From Patescibacteria group bacterium (lineage in GTDB: Bacteria; Patescibacteriota; Patescibacteriia; UBA11705; DATKZF01): a stretch of 64,000 nt of DNA. A program made the translations under genes and the position numbers. The stretch spans positions 204,072 to 268,071 of the forward strand of contig JBMORT010000002.1 of NCBI GenBank assembly GCA_049319825.1. The letters run 5' to 3'. Of this stretch, positions 27,369-36,781 are shown in pieces (the stretch's first letter is position 1; each line of letters opens with the position of its first letter). The notes under the pieces are model-generated. The model had not been told where the DNA came from. It saw only the letters and a program-made list of their open reading frames with translations, and ran no database searches.

Positions 27369-28517
27369 ATGAATAACGCTTTGCCGCAAATATTCAGTAA
27401 AAAATGGTTTCTGGGCATTCGCCGTGAAGAATCCTTATTTTTTTATTCGTCAAAGTTTATTGACCGGGAAAAATTTACCCTGAAAAAGTACGAAAATAAT
27501 TTTGTCGAGTCAATATTAATTCCTCATGAAGATAATGAGCTGATTCGTGCTTTCAATTCCGATCAAGCCAAGCTTTTTCATCAGGAGTCAAAGGAAAAGG
27601 TTCTAAAAGATTTTTCAATAATAGAAAAGTTCATCAGCCATGACGACACGTTATGGGTTGAAATCCAGAAGCTTTCAGAAAAGCTGGCCAAATCGGTTGA
27701 GAAGCTCGACTTCAAAAAAGCGAAAGGAATTTTTCAGCGCATTCTTGAAAAATACGGCGAGCATGGCGCGTATTTTTTCTTTATTTTCTCAGTGGGCATG
27801 ATGCTTGAGGGAAATAAAGAAGAAGTTGCAAACTCAAAGCCGGCTTTGGCCGCGCATGACAAATGGAGAAATGAGGTGGCATTTAAAGAAGAAAAAATGG
27901 GCGAAAACTTGTTTGGGTTTTTTAAATTACTAAAATCTCAAAGCGTTTTGAACACTGCGGAAAAAGAGATGATGGAATTTTTGACTGCCGGTGAAGTCTT
28001 GGCTTTGGCCAGTTGTCAGATAACGAAAGAAGAAATCGAAAATAAAATCGCGCGCCGGAAGCAAAATGGCTATGTCTATTTATATTTGAGGGATTTGCAG
28101 TATCAAGACGTGGTTATTGATGATCTTTCGACAGTTGAAGCTGTTAAAAAATATTTTGAGAGTATGGAAGCGCCGGCAGGCAAAGTGATCGAAGGCCAGG
28201 TCGCTTTCCCCGCGAAAGAGAAAATTATCGGCGAAGCTGTTGTTCTCAAAGATAAAAGCGAATTAGGAAAAGCGGATTTGGCGGGAAAAATTTTGGTCAC
28301 CATCCAAACCACGCCGCATTTTATTCCGTATTTAAAAAATGTTAAGGCGATAATCACCGACGAAGGCGGCATCACCTGCCACGCGGCGATTGTGGCCAGG
28401 GAGTTAAAAATACCGTGCGTCATTGGCACGAAAATTGCTACAAAGATTTTAAAAGATGGCGACAAAGTGGAGGTGGATGCGGAAAAAGGGGTGGTGAAAA
28501 TTATTAAGAATGTTTGA
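27369..28517 (+). CDS. PEP-utilizing-enzyme mobile (phosphohistidine swivel) domain protein with unique 290-aa N-terminal domain (paralog 1)
   Basis: C-terminal ILVT..TTP.F.P..K...[28 protein letters not shown] matches PpsA/PPDK central His domain. Confidence 0.7.
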   Translation: MNNALPQIFSKKWFLGIRREESLFFYSSKFIDREKFTLKKYENNFVESILIPHEDNELIRAFNSDQAKLFHQESKEKVLKDFSIIEKFISHDDTLWVEIQKLSEKLAKSVEKLDFKKAKGIFQRILEKYGEHGAYFFFIFSVGMMLEGNKEEVANSKPALAAHDKWRNEVAFKEEKMGENLFGFFKLLKSQSVLNTAEKEMMEFLTAGEVLALASCQITKEEIENKIARRKQNGYVYLYLRDLQYQDVVIDDLSTVEAVKKYFESMEAPAGKVIEGQVAFPAKEKIIGEAVVLKDKSELGKADLAGKILVTIQTTPHFIPYLKNVKAIITDEGGITCHAAIVARELKIPCVIGTKIATKILKDGDKVEVDAEKGVVKIIKNV

Positions 28518-28523
28518 AATTAT

Positions 28524-29618
28524 ATGTTAAATAAAAAGAAAAAATTAGTTTTTGAAAAATCAATTACTAGGGACTGGCCGCTTTTTATCGTACAAATGTT
28601 GCATAAAGGTTTTACAAAAGAATTTGAAAAACAATTTAAATTTAGATATTTAGAAGTTTTATTTGATTGTTTTTCTGACCATTTAGATATATATAGAGCA
28701 CCTATTGAACATATTGAGAAAATGAGAGCCTTTATTTTAAATAATCTGCGCAGAAATCCCAATTTCATAAGAGAGGTTGCTAAAAAGTTAATAGATTATT
28801 TTGAAAATTTTAAAGATATAATTCATGAAATTGATAATAAAAGTTTAGTTGTAACTTCAAATAAAGAATTGTCACAAATTATAAAAGCTTTTATTAAAGC
28901 ACATCAAGAGTTGGAACCTTGTTTTGTTATGATGTTTTGGTTTCCAATACAAATGGAAAATCATCAAAATAAAGAAAAATATAAGCCAGATATTGATATC
29001 GCGGCAAAAATGCGGGCAAAGACCGAGAAAGTTGGCCCAGAGGGTGATAGAATTGCTAGAAAACTTTCTGAAGAAGTCAGCAGAAGAATGTTTGGGAATA
29101 AGGATTTTGCCAAATTTATTTCTTTAAAAGAAACGCACGCTTTTTTAACAAAGAATAAAAAAGTTAATAAAAAGATTATTGAAAAAAGAAAAAAGGGTTT
29201 TATATACGGAGCTTTAGGAATTAAATATATAAAATTGTCAGACTATGCAAAACTTGAAGGGTTGGAAGTAAAAACAACATTAGCAGACATAAACAATAAT
29301 TACATTAAAGGTTCAATTGCTTACAAAGGATATGTGAAAGGTAAAGTGAGAATTATTATATCAAAGAAAAATATTAAAACCCTGAAAAATGGTGAAATTT
29401 TGGTCACCGCAATGACAACACCTGAATTTGTCCCAGCAATGAAAAAAGCGGCGGCAATTATTACAGATGAAGGCGGCATCACCTGCCACGCGGCGATTGT
29501 CGCTAGAGAATTGAAAATTCCGTGCGTGATCGGCACTAAGGTCGCCACCAAAGTGCTAAAGGATGGCGACCAAGTAGAGGTTGACGCGACCAAGGGGATT
29601 GTCAGGATTTTAAAATAA
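28524..29618 (+). CDS. PEP-utilizing-enzyme mobile domain protein with different N-terminal domain (paralog 2)
   Basis: same C-terminal swivel domain; 32-nt stretch identical at DNA level to paralog 1. Confidence 0.7.
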   Translation: MLNKKKKLVFEKSITRDWPLFIVQMLHKGFTKEFEKQFKFRYLEVLFDCFSDHLDIYRAPIEHIEKMRAFILNNLRRNPNFIREVAKKLIDYFENFKDIIHEIDNKSLVVTSNKELSQIIKAFIKAHQELEPCFVMMFWFPIQMENHQNKEKYKPDIDIAAKMRAKTEKVGPEGDRIARKLSEEVSRRMFGNKDFAKFISLKETHAFLTKNKKVNKKIIEKRKKGFIYGALGIKYIKLSDYAKLEGLEVKTTLADINNNYIKGSIAYKGYVKGKVRIIISKKNIKTLKNGEILVTAMTTPEFVPAMKKAAAIITDEGGITCHAAIVARELKIPCVIGTKVATKVLKDGDQVEVDATKGIVRILK

Positions 29619-29750
29619 TTTTTATAGAATATTATGGAACGCATGATGTATGTCCCAGGCATGGAAATATTAGGTATCAATAGCGAGTACTTTACAAGTA
29701 ATATATATTATTGTAAGATACACAATGATTGTTATTAATCCTACAATAAT

Positions 29751-31571
29751 ATGCTTGATAAATTATTCAATTCAAAAACCCGCGTGGCTGTTTTAGGCTT
29801 ATTTTTCAATGATGAAGACAAAAAATCTTATATCCAGGAAATCATCAAATCAGCGAAGACAGACGCGGCCAATACTCATCGCGAATTGGATAAGCTTGAA
29901 AAGCTCGGCATTCTAAAGAGCAAAAAACAGGGCAACCAAAAATATTATTTTTTAAATAAAGACAATGCTTACTTCGAAGCTTTGAAAAGGTTGTTCGCGG
30001 TTTACCGCCGGAAAGACGATGGCTGGTACCTGCTCGAAGAAATTCCCAATGGCACTCCCACCTTTGTGGCTGATGTCTGCAATTCCAAGCTGTCAGTGGA
30101 ATGGAATGAGAAAAAAGGCTTCAAATATCCTCCCACGGATTTTCTGACCATCTACCGGAACGGCGTGGCCAGCATTTACTTTGTAAAATCTCAATTCGAT
30201 AAATACAGCCGCAGCATGCTGGACGGCTTTATCGCCGATCCCGCTTCTTTGCACAAAGTGAATGAAGAAATCATCAAGCAGTCGGACAGCTTGCGCGCTT
30301 ATTCACAAAAAGTATCTGCCATGAATCTGAAAATATTGGACGACAAAGAGCTGGGCAGTGTATTTTCTAATTTTTATAGAGAATATGAGCGCACTCATAT
30401 GTGGGCCTGGCCGCATACTGCGCCTGACTTTGGCGAAGCGTATTTATCCAAGTATTCTTTCGCGTATCTTAATGAGCGGCTGAAAAAAACCGGTAAAAAT
30501 TATTCGGTTGGCGAGATTTTCTCCAAGCTGACTTCGCCGACAGAGGAAAGCAATGCCCAAAAAGAATATCGCGACTTGCTTGCGATTTTGGATTATATTT
30601 TAAAGGAGAAATCATTGAGCCAATACTTTGCTGAAACCGAAACCCGCTTTATCCTGCGCGACCTGATGAAAAAAAATGAAAAGGCCTGGCAGATGATCGT
30701 CAATCATACTGATAAGTACGGCTGGCTGGGCTATGGCCTGATCGGCCCTGGCTGGAGCGAAGAGTACTTTATTGATATTTTGTGCAGCTTGATCAGGCAG
30801 CAAAGCGATCCGCAAAAGCTTTTGGCCAAAATCGAAGCTGAGAGGAAGGAATTGGCAAAGGAGCAGGAAAATATTTTCCAAGAGCTAAAAATTGACGACA
30901 GGAATCGAGAATTCTTTATCGGCGCCAAAGGCCTGGTCTTCACCAAGGGTTATCGAAAAGATTCATTATTCTACTTTTTCAGCGTGCTGGAAAATATTCT
31001 CAATGAATTGTGCAGAAGATACTATTTGTCAATGAACCAGGCGCGAATGCTCTTCCCGCATGAGATCGAAGATATATTAGGCGGCCAAAGCTTTGACTTC
31101 TCGGTTTTGAATGACAGGCAGAAATTATGCGCGCACTATTCAGCCGGACGCACCGATTATTGGAATGACACCATTGTAATCGGCGCTGAAGCGGAGAAAT
31201 TGATCAATAAGCTGCAATTCATTGAAGAAGACATTTCTGATATTAAAATTTTGAACGGCGAATGCGCCTCGCCCGGCAAATCCAGGGGCCGGGCCGTGAT
31301 TGTCAATGTCACGAAGGACATGCAGAAAATGAAAGACGGCGATATCTTGATTTCCATTGCCACCAATCCTGACCTGGTGCCGGCCATCAAGCGCGCCTCA
31401 GCCATTGTCACTGATGTGGGCGGGATCACCTGCCATGCGGCCATTATTTCCCGCGAGCTGGGAGTGCCCTGCGTCATTGGCACGAAATACTCGACCAAAG
31501 TGCTCAAAGACGGGGATATCATCGAAGTCGATGCCACGCACGGCAAAGTGACTATTATTAAAAGAGCGTAA
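29751..31571 (+). CDS. wHTH plus large middle domain plus PEP-utilizing-enzyme mobile domain protein (paralog 3)
   Basis: N-terminal ArsR-like wHTH, ~420-aa middle region, C-terminal [22 protein letters not shown]. Confidence 0.7.
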   Translation: MLDKLFNSKTRVAVLGLFFNDEDKKSYIQEIIKSAKTDAANTHRELDKLEKLGILKSKKQGNQKYYFLNKDNAYFEALKRLFAVYRRKDDGWYLLEEIPNGTPTFVADVCNSKLSVEWNEKKGFKYPPTDFLTIYRNGVASIYFVKSQFDKYSRSMLDGFIADPASLHKVNEEIIKQSDSLRAYSQKVSAMNLKILDDKELGSVFSNFYREYERTHMWAWPHTAPDFGEAYLSKYSFAYLNERLKKTGKNYSVGEIFSKLTSPTEESNAQKEYRDLLAILDYILKEKSLSQYFAETETRFILRDLMKKNEKAWQMIVNHTDKYGWLGYGLIGPGWSEEYFIDILCSLIRQQSDPQKLLAKIEAERKELAKEQENIFQELKIDDRNREFFIGAKGLVFTKGYRKDSLFYFFSVLENILNELCRRYYLSMNQARMLFPHEIEDILGGQSFDFSVLNDRQKLCAHYSAGRTDYWNDTIVIGAEAEKLINKLQFIEEDISDIKILNGECASPGKSRGRAVIVNVTKDMQKMKDGDILISIATNPDLVPAIKRASAIVTDVGGITCHAAIISRELGVPCVIGTKYSTKVLKDGDIIEVDATHGKVTIIKRA

Positions 31572-31575
31572 AAAT

Positions 31576-32514
31576 ATGTTCACAAAAATTTTCAAGGAAT
31601 TAAACTATAAAAGCGTCGACATCGCCGGCGGCAAAGGAGCTTCGCTGGGAGAAATGACTCGGGCCGGCATTCCGATTCCTCCCGGATACGTTGTTTTGGC
31701 CGGAGCTTTTGATAAATTTTTGGAAGAAACGGATTTAAATGTGGAAATAAAGGCTGTGATCGACGAGGTTAATTACGAAGACGTGAAATCAGTTGACGTA
31801 GCGTCGAGCAAAATCAGAGATTTAATCGCTGATGCGGATTTTCCGGCAGATATTGCCGGCGAAGTCCAAGAAGAATTCAAAAAATTGGGCGCTGAATACG
31901 TGGCGGTGCGAAGTTCAGCCACGGCTGAAGATTCTTCGATCGCTTCCTGGGCCGGCGAGCTGGAAAGTTATTTGAATGTTAAAGAAAAAGGCCTGCTTGA
32001 CGCAGTGAAAAAATGCTGGTCGTCTTTATTTACTCCGCGGGCGATTTTTTACCGCAAAGAAAAAGGATTGATCGACAGCAAGGTTTCAGTCGCGGTGGTG
32101 ATTCAAAAAATGGTCAATAGTGAAATTGCCGGCATTACCTTTACAGTTCATCCGGTGACCAAGGATCCGAATCAAATAATCATTGAAGCCGGATTCGGTC
32201 TGGGCGAGGCGATAGTTTCCGGCAGTATTACCCCCGATAGCTATGTGATTGAAAAAGATACCTGGAATATCATTGATATCAATGTGGCAGAGCAGGAGCG
32301 CCAGCTGGTTCGCGTGCCGGCCGGCGGCAACGTTTGGAAGGAGCTGCCTGCAACTAAGAAAGAAAAGCAAAAATTGACCGGCGAGCAAGTGGTTGAATTG
32401 GCACAATTATGCTATGACATTGAAAAGCACTATAATTTCCCGTGCGATATTGAGTGGGCGTTTGATGCCGGCAAGTTTTATATAACGCAGTCAAGGCCGA
32501 TAACGACTTTGTGA
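31576..32514 (+). CDS. stand-alone PEP synthase / pyruvate phosphate dikinase N-terminal ATP-grasp (PPDK_N) domain protein
   Basis: GGKGASLGEM, VRSSATAED, DIEWA..GKFYITQSRP motifs align with E. coli PpsA N-terminal 320 aa; no His or TIM-barrel domain in this ORF. Confidence 0.75.
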   Translation: MFTKIFKELNYKSVDIAGGKGASLGEMTRAGIPIPPGYVVLAGAFDKFLEETDLNVEIKAVIDEVNYEDVKSVDVASSKIRDLIADADFPADIAGEVQEEFKKLGAEYVAVRSSATAEDSSIASWAGELESYLNVKEKGLLDAVKKCWSSLFTPRAIFYRKEKGLIDSKVSVAVVIQKMVNSEIAGITFTVHPVTKDPNQIIIEAGFGLGEAIVSGSITPDSYVIEKDTWNIIDINVAEQERQLVRVPAGGNVWKELPATKKEKQKLTGEQVVELAQLCYDIEKHYNFPCDIEWAFDAGKFYITQSRPITTL

Positions 32515-32550
32515 AGGCAGTAGGCAAGAGGCAATAGGCAGTAGGTAAAT

Positions 32551-32572
32551 CGGCGCACGGCGCCGGTTTTTT
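32551..32572 (+). terminator. terminator CGGCGC-acg-GCGCCG + T6
   Basis: follows ATP-grasp gene and AGGCRAT heptamer array. Confidence 0.55.
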
Positions 32573-32574
32573 AA

Positions 32575-32603
32575 TTGACAGAATTCAGGTATTGATTTAA
32601 TAT
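32575..32603 (+). promoter_or_regulatory. sigma70-type promoter TTGACA-17-TAATAT
   Basis: consensus -35, good -10, 40 nt upstream of AGGAGG RBS. Confidence 0.5.
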
Positions 32604-32642
32604 GAAGTGTTGTTGTCGGCCGAGCAAAAAAGGAGGAGAGAT

Positions 32643-33278
32643 TTGGCAATCAACGGCTATAAAAAAATCGAAGCCCGGGTGGAAAGAATCAAAGAGTGGT
32701 TCAGGCTTCACGGCTTTGAAATTGAGGTTCCTTTTCCGAGGAGCGAAAACGGATTTCAAATCGAGATTCCTTTTCCGGGGATTAAAAGCCAATTTCAATC
32801 TTTCAATGCCCAATACGCGTTGAGACAAGAGAATGGCTGGGAGCTTTTTTACCGGCCGTCGAGCAGGGAAGTTTCGTATTTCGAATTTTTGGCGGAAGTT
32901 GGACAGAAATTTCATTGGACAACGAGAATCGGTGTTCGAAAAAGCATCAATTGGACATGGACGCAAAGCGGCTATTGGTTCTGGGCGCAAATTTGTCCTG
33001 CCGCGCCCGTTTTTGGCAAATGCGAAGACGTGGTGCCGGCGCGTTGCCAGGAAAATCAGCGGCCGCCGAGCATTGAAGAATATTTGCTGATGTATCATTT
33101 GCACCGATGCGATACTGGCCGCAAGCTGGATCACAATCCCGCGGTTTGGCTGACGACCAAGCTCCGCGGACACGCGCTGAGCGCGCTCGGCGATTGCGGC
33201 GGCATCAATGTCGGCATTGCCGACAATTTCACGCCCAACCCCGGCTGTGGCTTGCGCTTGGTGAAAGTGATCGGTTGA
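32643..33278 (+). CDS. hypothetical Trp-rich protein
   Basis: TTG start 6 nt after AGGAGG; internal repeat GF(E/Q)IE(V/I)PFP; minus-strand 260-aa ORF over same region rejected. Confidence 0.45.
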   Translation: MAINGYKKIEARVERIKEWFRLHGFEIEVPFPRSENGFQIEIPFPGIKSQFQSFNAQYALRQENGWELFYRPSSREVSYFEFLAEVGQKFHWTTRIGVRKSINWTWTQSGYWFWAQICPAAPVFGKCEDVVPARCQENQRPPSIEEYLLMYHLHRCDTGRKLDHNPAVWLTTKLRGHALSALGDCGGINVGIADNFTPNPGCGLRLVKVIG

Positions 33279-33445
33279 TTTTACCCTGTTTTCATAAAGC
33301 GGGGTTTTTTGTTTTGTCGAAGTGGCCGGACAAAAATTAATTGATATTCGCAAAGAAATAGTGTGATTTTTCGCGTGTTGTCGAATGTGGAAAACATTTT
33401 ATTCGATTTTTTGATACCCCTCGGGTTATGATGAAAATATAATTT

Positions 33446-33979
33446 ATGATTTATAAAGAATCAAAACAATATCGTTTACCCGGTTATAATTACGCCAATG
33501 ATGGATTTTATTTTGTGACGATTTGCGCCCAGAACATGCGAATGTTTTTTGGGAACGTTGTCAACGGCCAAATGATTTTGTCAAAAATCGGAAAAATCGC
33601 CAATCAATATTGGCTCGAAATTCCCAAACATTTTCCGCATGCGCGGTTGCATGAATACATTGTTATGCCGCACCATGTCCATGGAATTTTGGAGTTGCGA
33701 ACCCGTGTTGTTGTAGGAACGCGCCATGGCGCGTTCTTACAACAAAATTCCATGGGCATGCATCCATTGGTCAGGAATTCGTTGTCATCAATCCTCAACC
33801 ATTTCAAGGGGGCAGTGAAAAAATGGTGCAATCGAAACAATCATGGAAATTTTGCCTGGATGTCACGATTTCGCGATACAGTTATTTTGCATGAAAACGC
33901 ATTATACAACTTCCGCAAATACATCATTAACAACCCGTCAAATTGGGAATTGAAGAAAAACAATCCTGATTTGATGTAA
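33446..33979 (+). CDS. REP-associated tyrosine transposase (RAYT) / IS200-like HUH Y1 transposase
   Basis: YR.PG..YFVT N-terminus, HUH motif PHHVHGIL, C-terminal RFRD..I.....Y....YI.NNP, matching E. coli RayT pattern. Confidence 0.7.
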   Translation: MIYKESKQYRLPGYNYANDGFYFVTICAQNMRMFFGNVVNGQMILSKIGKIANQYWLEIPKHFPHARLHEYIVMPHHVHGILELRTRVVVGTRHGAFLQQNSMGMHPLVRNSLSSILNHFKGAVKKWCNRNNHGNFAWMSRFRDTVILHENALYNFRKYIINNPSNWELKKNNPDLM

Positions 33980-33995
33980 TATAATATCAAAATTC

Positions 33996-34019
33996 ATCGC
34001 GCTTGCCGCGATTTTTTTT
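33996..34019 (+). terminator. terminator ATCGCG-cttgc-CGCGAT + T8
   Basis: follows RAYT stop. Confidence 0.55.
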
Positions 34020-34132
34020 ATTTTTGAAGAATGAATCAGGGGTGCGTCAATATATTTGAAAAACCGGTGCCGATGCTGTATAATTATTGTAATAATTATT
34101 GATATTATTAATTATTTTTTATTTAAAAAAAT

Positions 34133-35479
34133 ATGGACAGAACGCTCAATTTGGAGGTAGTCAATAAAAAAGGAGAGGAAGTGATGATCGAAGGCTGGGT
34201 CGATGGCCGCAGAAACATGGGAAAAATCGTGTTTCTCGACATGCGCGACCGCACCGGAGTTCTGCAGGTCGTTTTGGTGCCCGGCGAGCTCGATAAAGAT
34301 TCCCAAAAACTGATTGATAACATCAGGCCGCAATTCGTATTGGCGATTGAAGGCATCGTTAACGAGCGGACAGGCAAAAACGCCAATCCGCAGATGGAGA
34401 CCGGCACAGTGGAAGTGCTGGCTAAAAAAATCACGGTTTTGGCCGAGGCGGAAACGCTGCCTTACGAGCTTGGTTCGGAAATGAAAATGGATACGTACCT
34501 CGATAACGCGCCGCTCAATTATCGAGATGAAAAAGCAAGAGCGATTTTTAAAGTGCAGGCCGCGTTGATACAGGGTTTTAGGAGCTTTTTAACGGCCGAA
34601 GGTTTTACCGAATTCCAGGCGCCCAAGCTGGTGGCCGAGGCCACTGAAGGCGGCGCCAATGTTTTCAAAATCGATTATTTCGGCAAAGCCGCTTATCTGG
34701 GCCAGAGTCCGCAATTTTACAAACAAATTATGACCGGCGTCTATGAGCGGGTTTTCACCTGCGGAAACGTTTATCGGGCGGAAGCGCATCACACATCACG
34801 GCATATTAATGAATATACCTCGCTTGATTTTGAAATGGGATTTATCAAAGATCATACGGATGTGATGGACATGACTCGCAGAGCTTTGACGGCAATGATG
34901 AATAACGTGGTTAAAAATTGCGATAAGCAAATCAAACTTCTTGATGCGGCCGTGCCCGAAGTGCCGGCGGAGATTCCGGCCTTGAAATTGGCCGAAGCGC
35001 AGAAAATTTTAAAGCATGAATTCGGCCAGGACTGCGAAGGCGAGCCGGATCTCGAGCCGCACCATGAAGAATTGATCTGCCAGTATGCCAAGCGGGAATT
35101 TAATTCTGATTTTATTTTCATCACTCATTATCCGGTCGAAAAAAGGCCGATGTACACCATGCCTGATGAAAAGGATAAGGGAAAGACCAAAAGCTTTGAC
35201 CTGCTTTTCCGCGGCTGCGAAATAGTGACCGGCGGTCAGCGTATCCATGACTATGAAATGCTGCTTGATAATATTAAAAAATTTAAAATGGATCCCCAGG
35301 ACTTTGAATTTTATTTAGAGGCGTTCAAATACGGCATGCCGCCCGAAGGCGGGATCGGCATGGGGCTGGAGCGGGTGACCCAAAAACTGCTTGGCCTGGA
35401 AAATATCAAGCAGGCCACGCTGTTTCCGCGCGATGATGTAAGGATAGATTTGCCTTTAAGTAAAGAAAATAACAAATAA
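34133..35479 (+). CDS. aspS: aspartyl-tRNA synthetase, archaeal/eukaryal type (likely non-discriminating)
   Basis: class II core YRAEAHHTSRHINEYTSLDFEM; C-terminal GMGLERV...LFPRD..RI.P. Confidence 0.8.
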   Translation: MDRTLNLEVVNKKGEEVMIEGWVDGRRNMGKIVFLDMRDRTGVLQVVLVPGELDKDSQKLIDNIRPQFVLAIEGIVNERTGKNANPQMETGTVEVLAKKITVLAEAETLPYELGSEMKMDTYLDNAPLNYRDEKARAIFKVQAALIQGFRSFLTAEGFTEFQAPKLVAEATEGGANVFKIDYFGKAAYLGQSPQFYKQIMTGVYERVFTCGNVYRAEAHHTSRHINEYTSLDFEMGFIKDHTDVMDMTRRALTAMMNNVVKNCDKQIKLLDAAVPEVPAEIPALKLAEAQKILKHEFGQDCEGEPDLEPHHEELICQYAKREFNSDFIFITHYPVEKRPMYTMPDEKDKGKTKSFDLLFRGCEIVTGGQRIHDYEMLLDNIKKFKMDPQDFEFYLEAFKYGMPPEGGIGMGLERVTQKLLGLENIKQATLFPRDDVRIDLPLSKENNK

Positions 35480-35505
35480 CAAAATCCAAATAACAAATAA
35501 ATCAC

Positions 35506-35550
35506 AATGACCCTTCGACTAATCTCAGGACAGGCCTAAATTCCAATGAT
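35506..35550 (+). repeat. conserved ~45-nt 3' element (copy after aspS)
   Basis: homologous to 26507..26552. Confidence 0.5.
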
Positions 35551-35629
35551 CCAAACAATTTTGAAAATTTGGACATTGGAGCTTTAATATTATTTGTGAT
35601 TTGTGATTTGACATTTGAGATTTATTGCA

Positions 35630-35956
35630 ATGCGTTTATCAAAGCTCCAAAAATACATTCTCATTCAATGCTATCAAGATAAAGGCGACAAAATGCACCG
35701 CGATCGCCTGATTGGATTTTATGGAAATATTCAGCAAGCGCCCAAATCTAAAGTTCAGACAAAGATAATCACCCGCAGCTTGGAAAGCCTGATTGATAAA
35801 GAATTAATGACCGGATTCGGCGTGCGCACTCCGCATAAGTGGTTCATAAAGGAAATCAGACTGACATCAAAAGGCAAAAAAGAAGCGAAGAATCTGCTCG
35901 GCGAGCAGATGAGTTTGCCATTAAAAACAAGAAAGGCGATAGGCGATAGGCGATAA
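35630..35956 (+). CDS. hypothetical basic protein; 3' end overlaps AGGCGAT x3 repeat
   Basis: 108-aa ORF upstream of scpA; no motif. Confidence 0.35.
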   Translation: MRLSKLQKYILIQCYQDKGDKMHRDRLIGFYGNIQQAPKSKVQTKIITRSLESLIDKELMTGFGVRTPHKWFIKEIRLTSKGKKEAKNLLGEQMSLPLKTRKAIGDRR

Positions 35957-35975
35957 GCGACACGCATTTCAAATT

Positions 35976-36665
35976 ATGTATAAAATTCAGACAGAAAAAT
36001 ATTCCGGACCGCTTGATCTGCTGTTAAAGCTGATCGAGGATAAGAAATTTGAGATCACTGAAATCTCTTTGGGGAAGGTGACCGATCAATATTTGGCGCG
36101 CATTGAAAAAATGGCGGATAAGCCGGCGGAAGAATTAGCTGATTTTTTGGTTATCGCGGCCAAGCTGCTGCTGCTGAAGTCAAAGGCGATTTTGCCGGTA
36201 ATGGAGGAAGATGAAGAGCCGGATGAACTGGAAAAGCAACTCCGGATTTATAAGGAATTTTATGAGGCCAGCAAAATCATGAACAAAATACTATTATCGG
36301 AAAATTTTTCTTTCGGCCGGGAGCGCCCCCCAATGCCGCTGGAAGTGGAATTCGCGCCGCCCAAGGATCTGGCCGCCACGGATTTAATGAATACTTTTAT
36401 TAGAATATTAAAAAAACTTGATCCGCTCATTCATTTGCCGAAAGTATCCATAAAAAAAGCGATCAGTTTGCAGGCGACCATCATGGATTTACAAAATTCA
36501 ATAAAACGTTTTAGAAAAATAGATTTTTCGAAAATTACTCAGAAAGCCAAATCAAAAACTGAGCTGATAGTTCATTTTCTCGCCTTGCTTGAATTGATGA
36601 AAAGACAAGACGTGGAAGCGGAGCAGAGCGGGGTTTTCGGAAATATTTTAGTTAAAAAAATATAG
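35976..36665 (+). CDS. scpA: segregation and condensation protein A
   Basis: GPLDLLL.LI......I..I.L..V..QY plus ADFLVIAAKLLLLKS. Confidence 0.8.
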   Translation: MYKIQTEKYSGPLDLLLKLIEDKKFEITEISLGKVTDQYLARIEKMADKPAEELADFLVIAAKLLLLKSKAILPVMEEDEEPDELEKQLRIYKEFYEASKIMNKILLSENFSFGRERPPMPLEVEFAPPKDLAATDLMNTFIRILKKLDPLIHLPKVSIKKAISLQATIMDLQNSIKRFRKIDFSKITQKAKSKTELIVHFLALLELMKRQDVEAEQSGVFGNILVKKI

Positions 36666-36781
36666 AGATTACAAATTTATCACAAAGTGATCCCTTCGGG
36701 ACAAATTGAATACAAATATTACAAATGGTTACAAATTGTTGCGAGTCCGTATAATCTCGTAACATCTCGTAACAATAATTT

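Noticed and set aside
28103-31546. Minus-strand ORFs 28103..28465, 29321..29680 and 31157..31546 antisense to the phosphohistidine-domain genes
   Set aside because: They overlap well-supported plus-strand CDSs in the conserved swivel-domain region and have low-complexity hydrophobic translations. They are antisense shadow ORFs.
32571-33353. 260-aa minus-strand ORF
   Set aside because: Translation is low complexity and Arg/Pro-rich with no RBS. The plus-strand ORF has promoter, AGGAGG and TTG start, so I kept the plus-strand gene.
25134-34132. T-box leaders upstream of asnS, aspS, trpS, hisS
   Set aside because: Upstream intergenic regions are 20-150 nt, too short for a T-box, and no specifier/antiterminator motif was seen.
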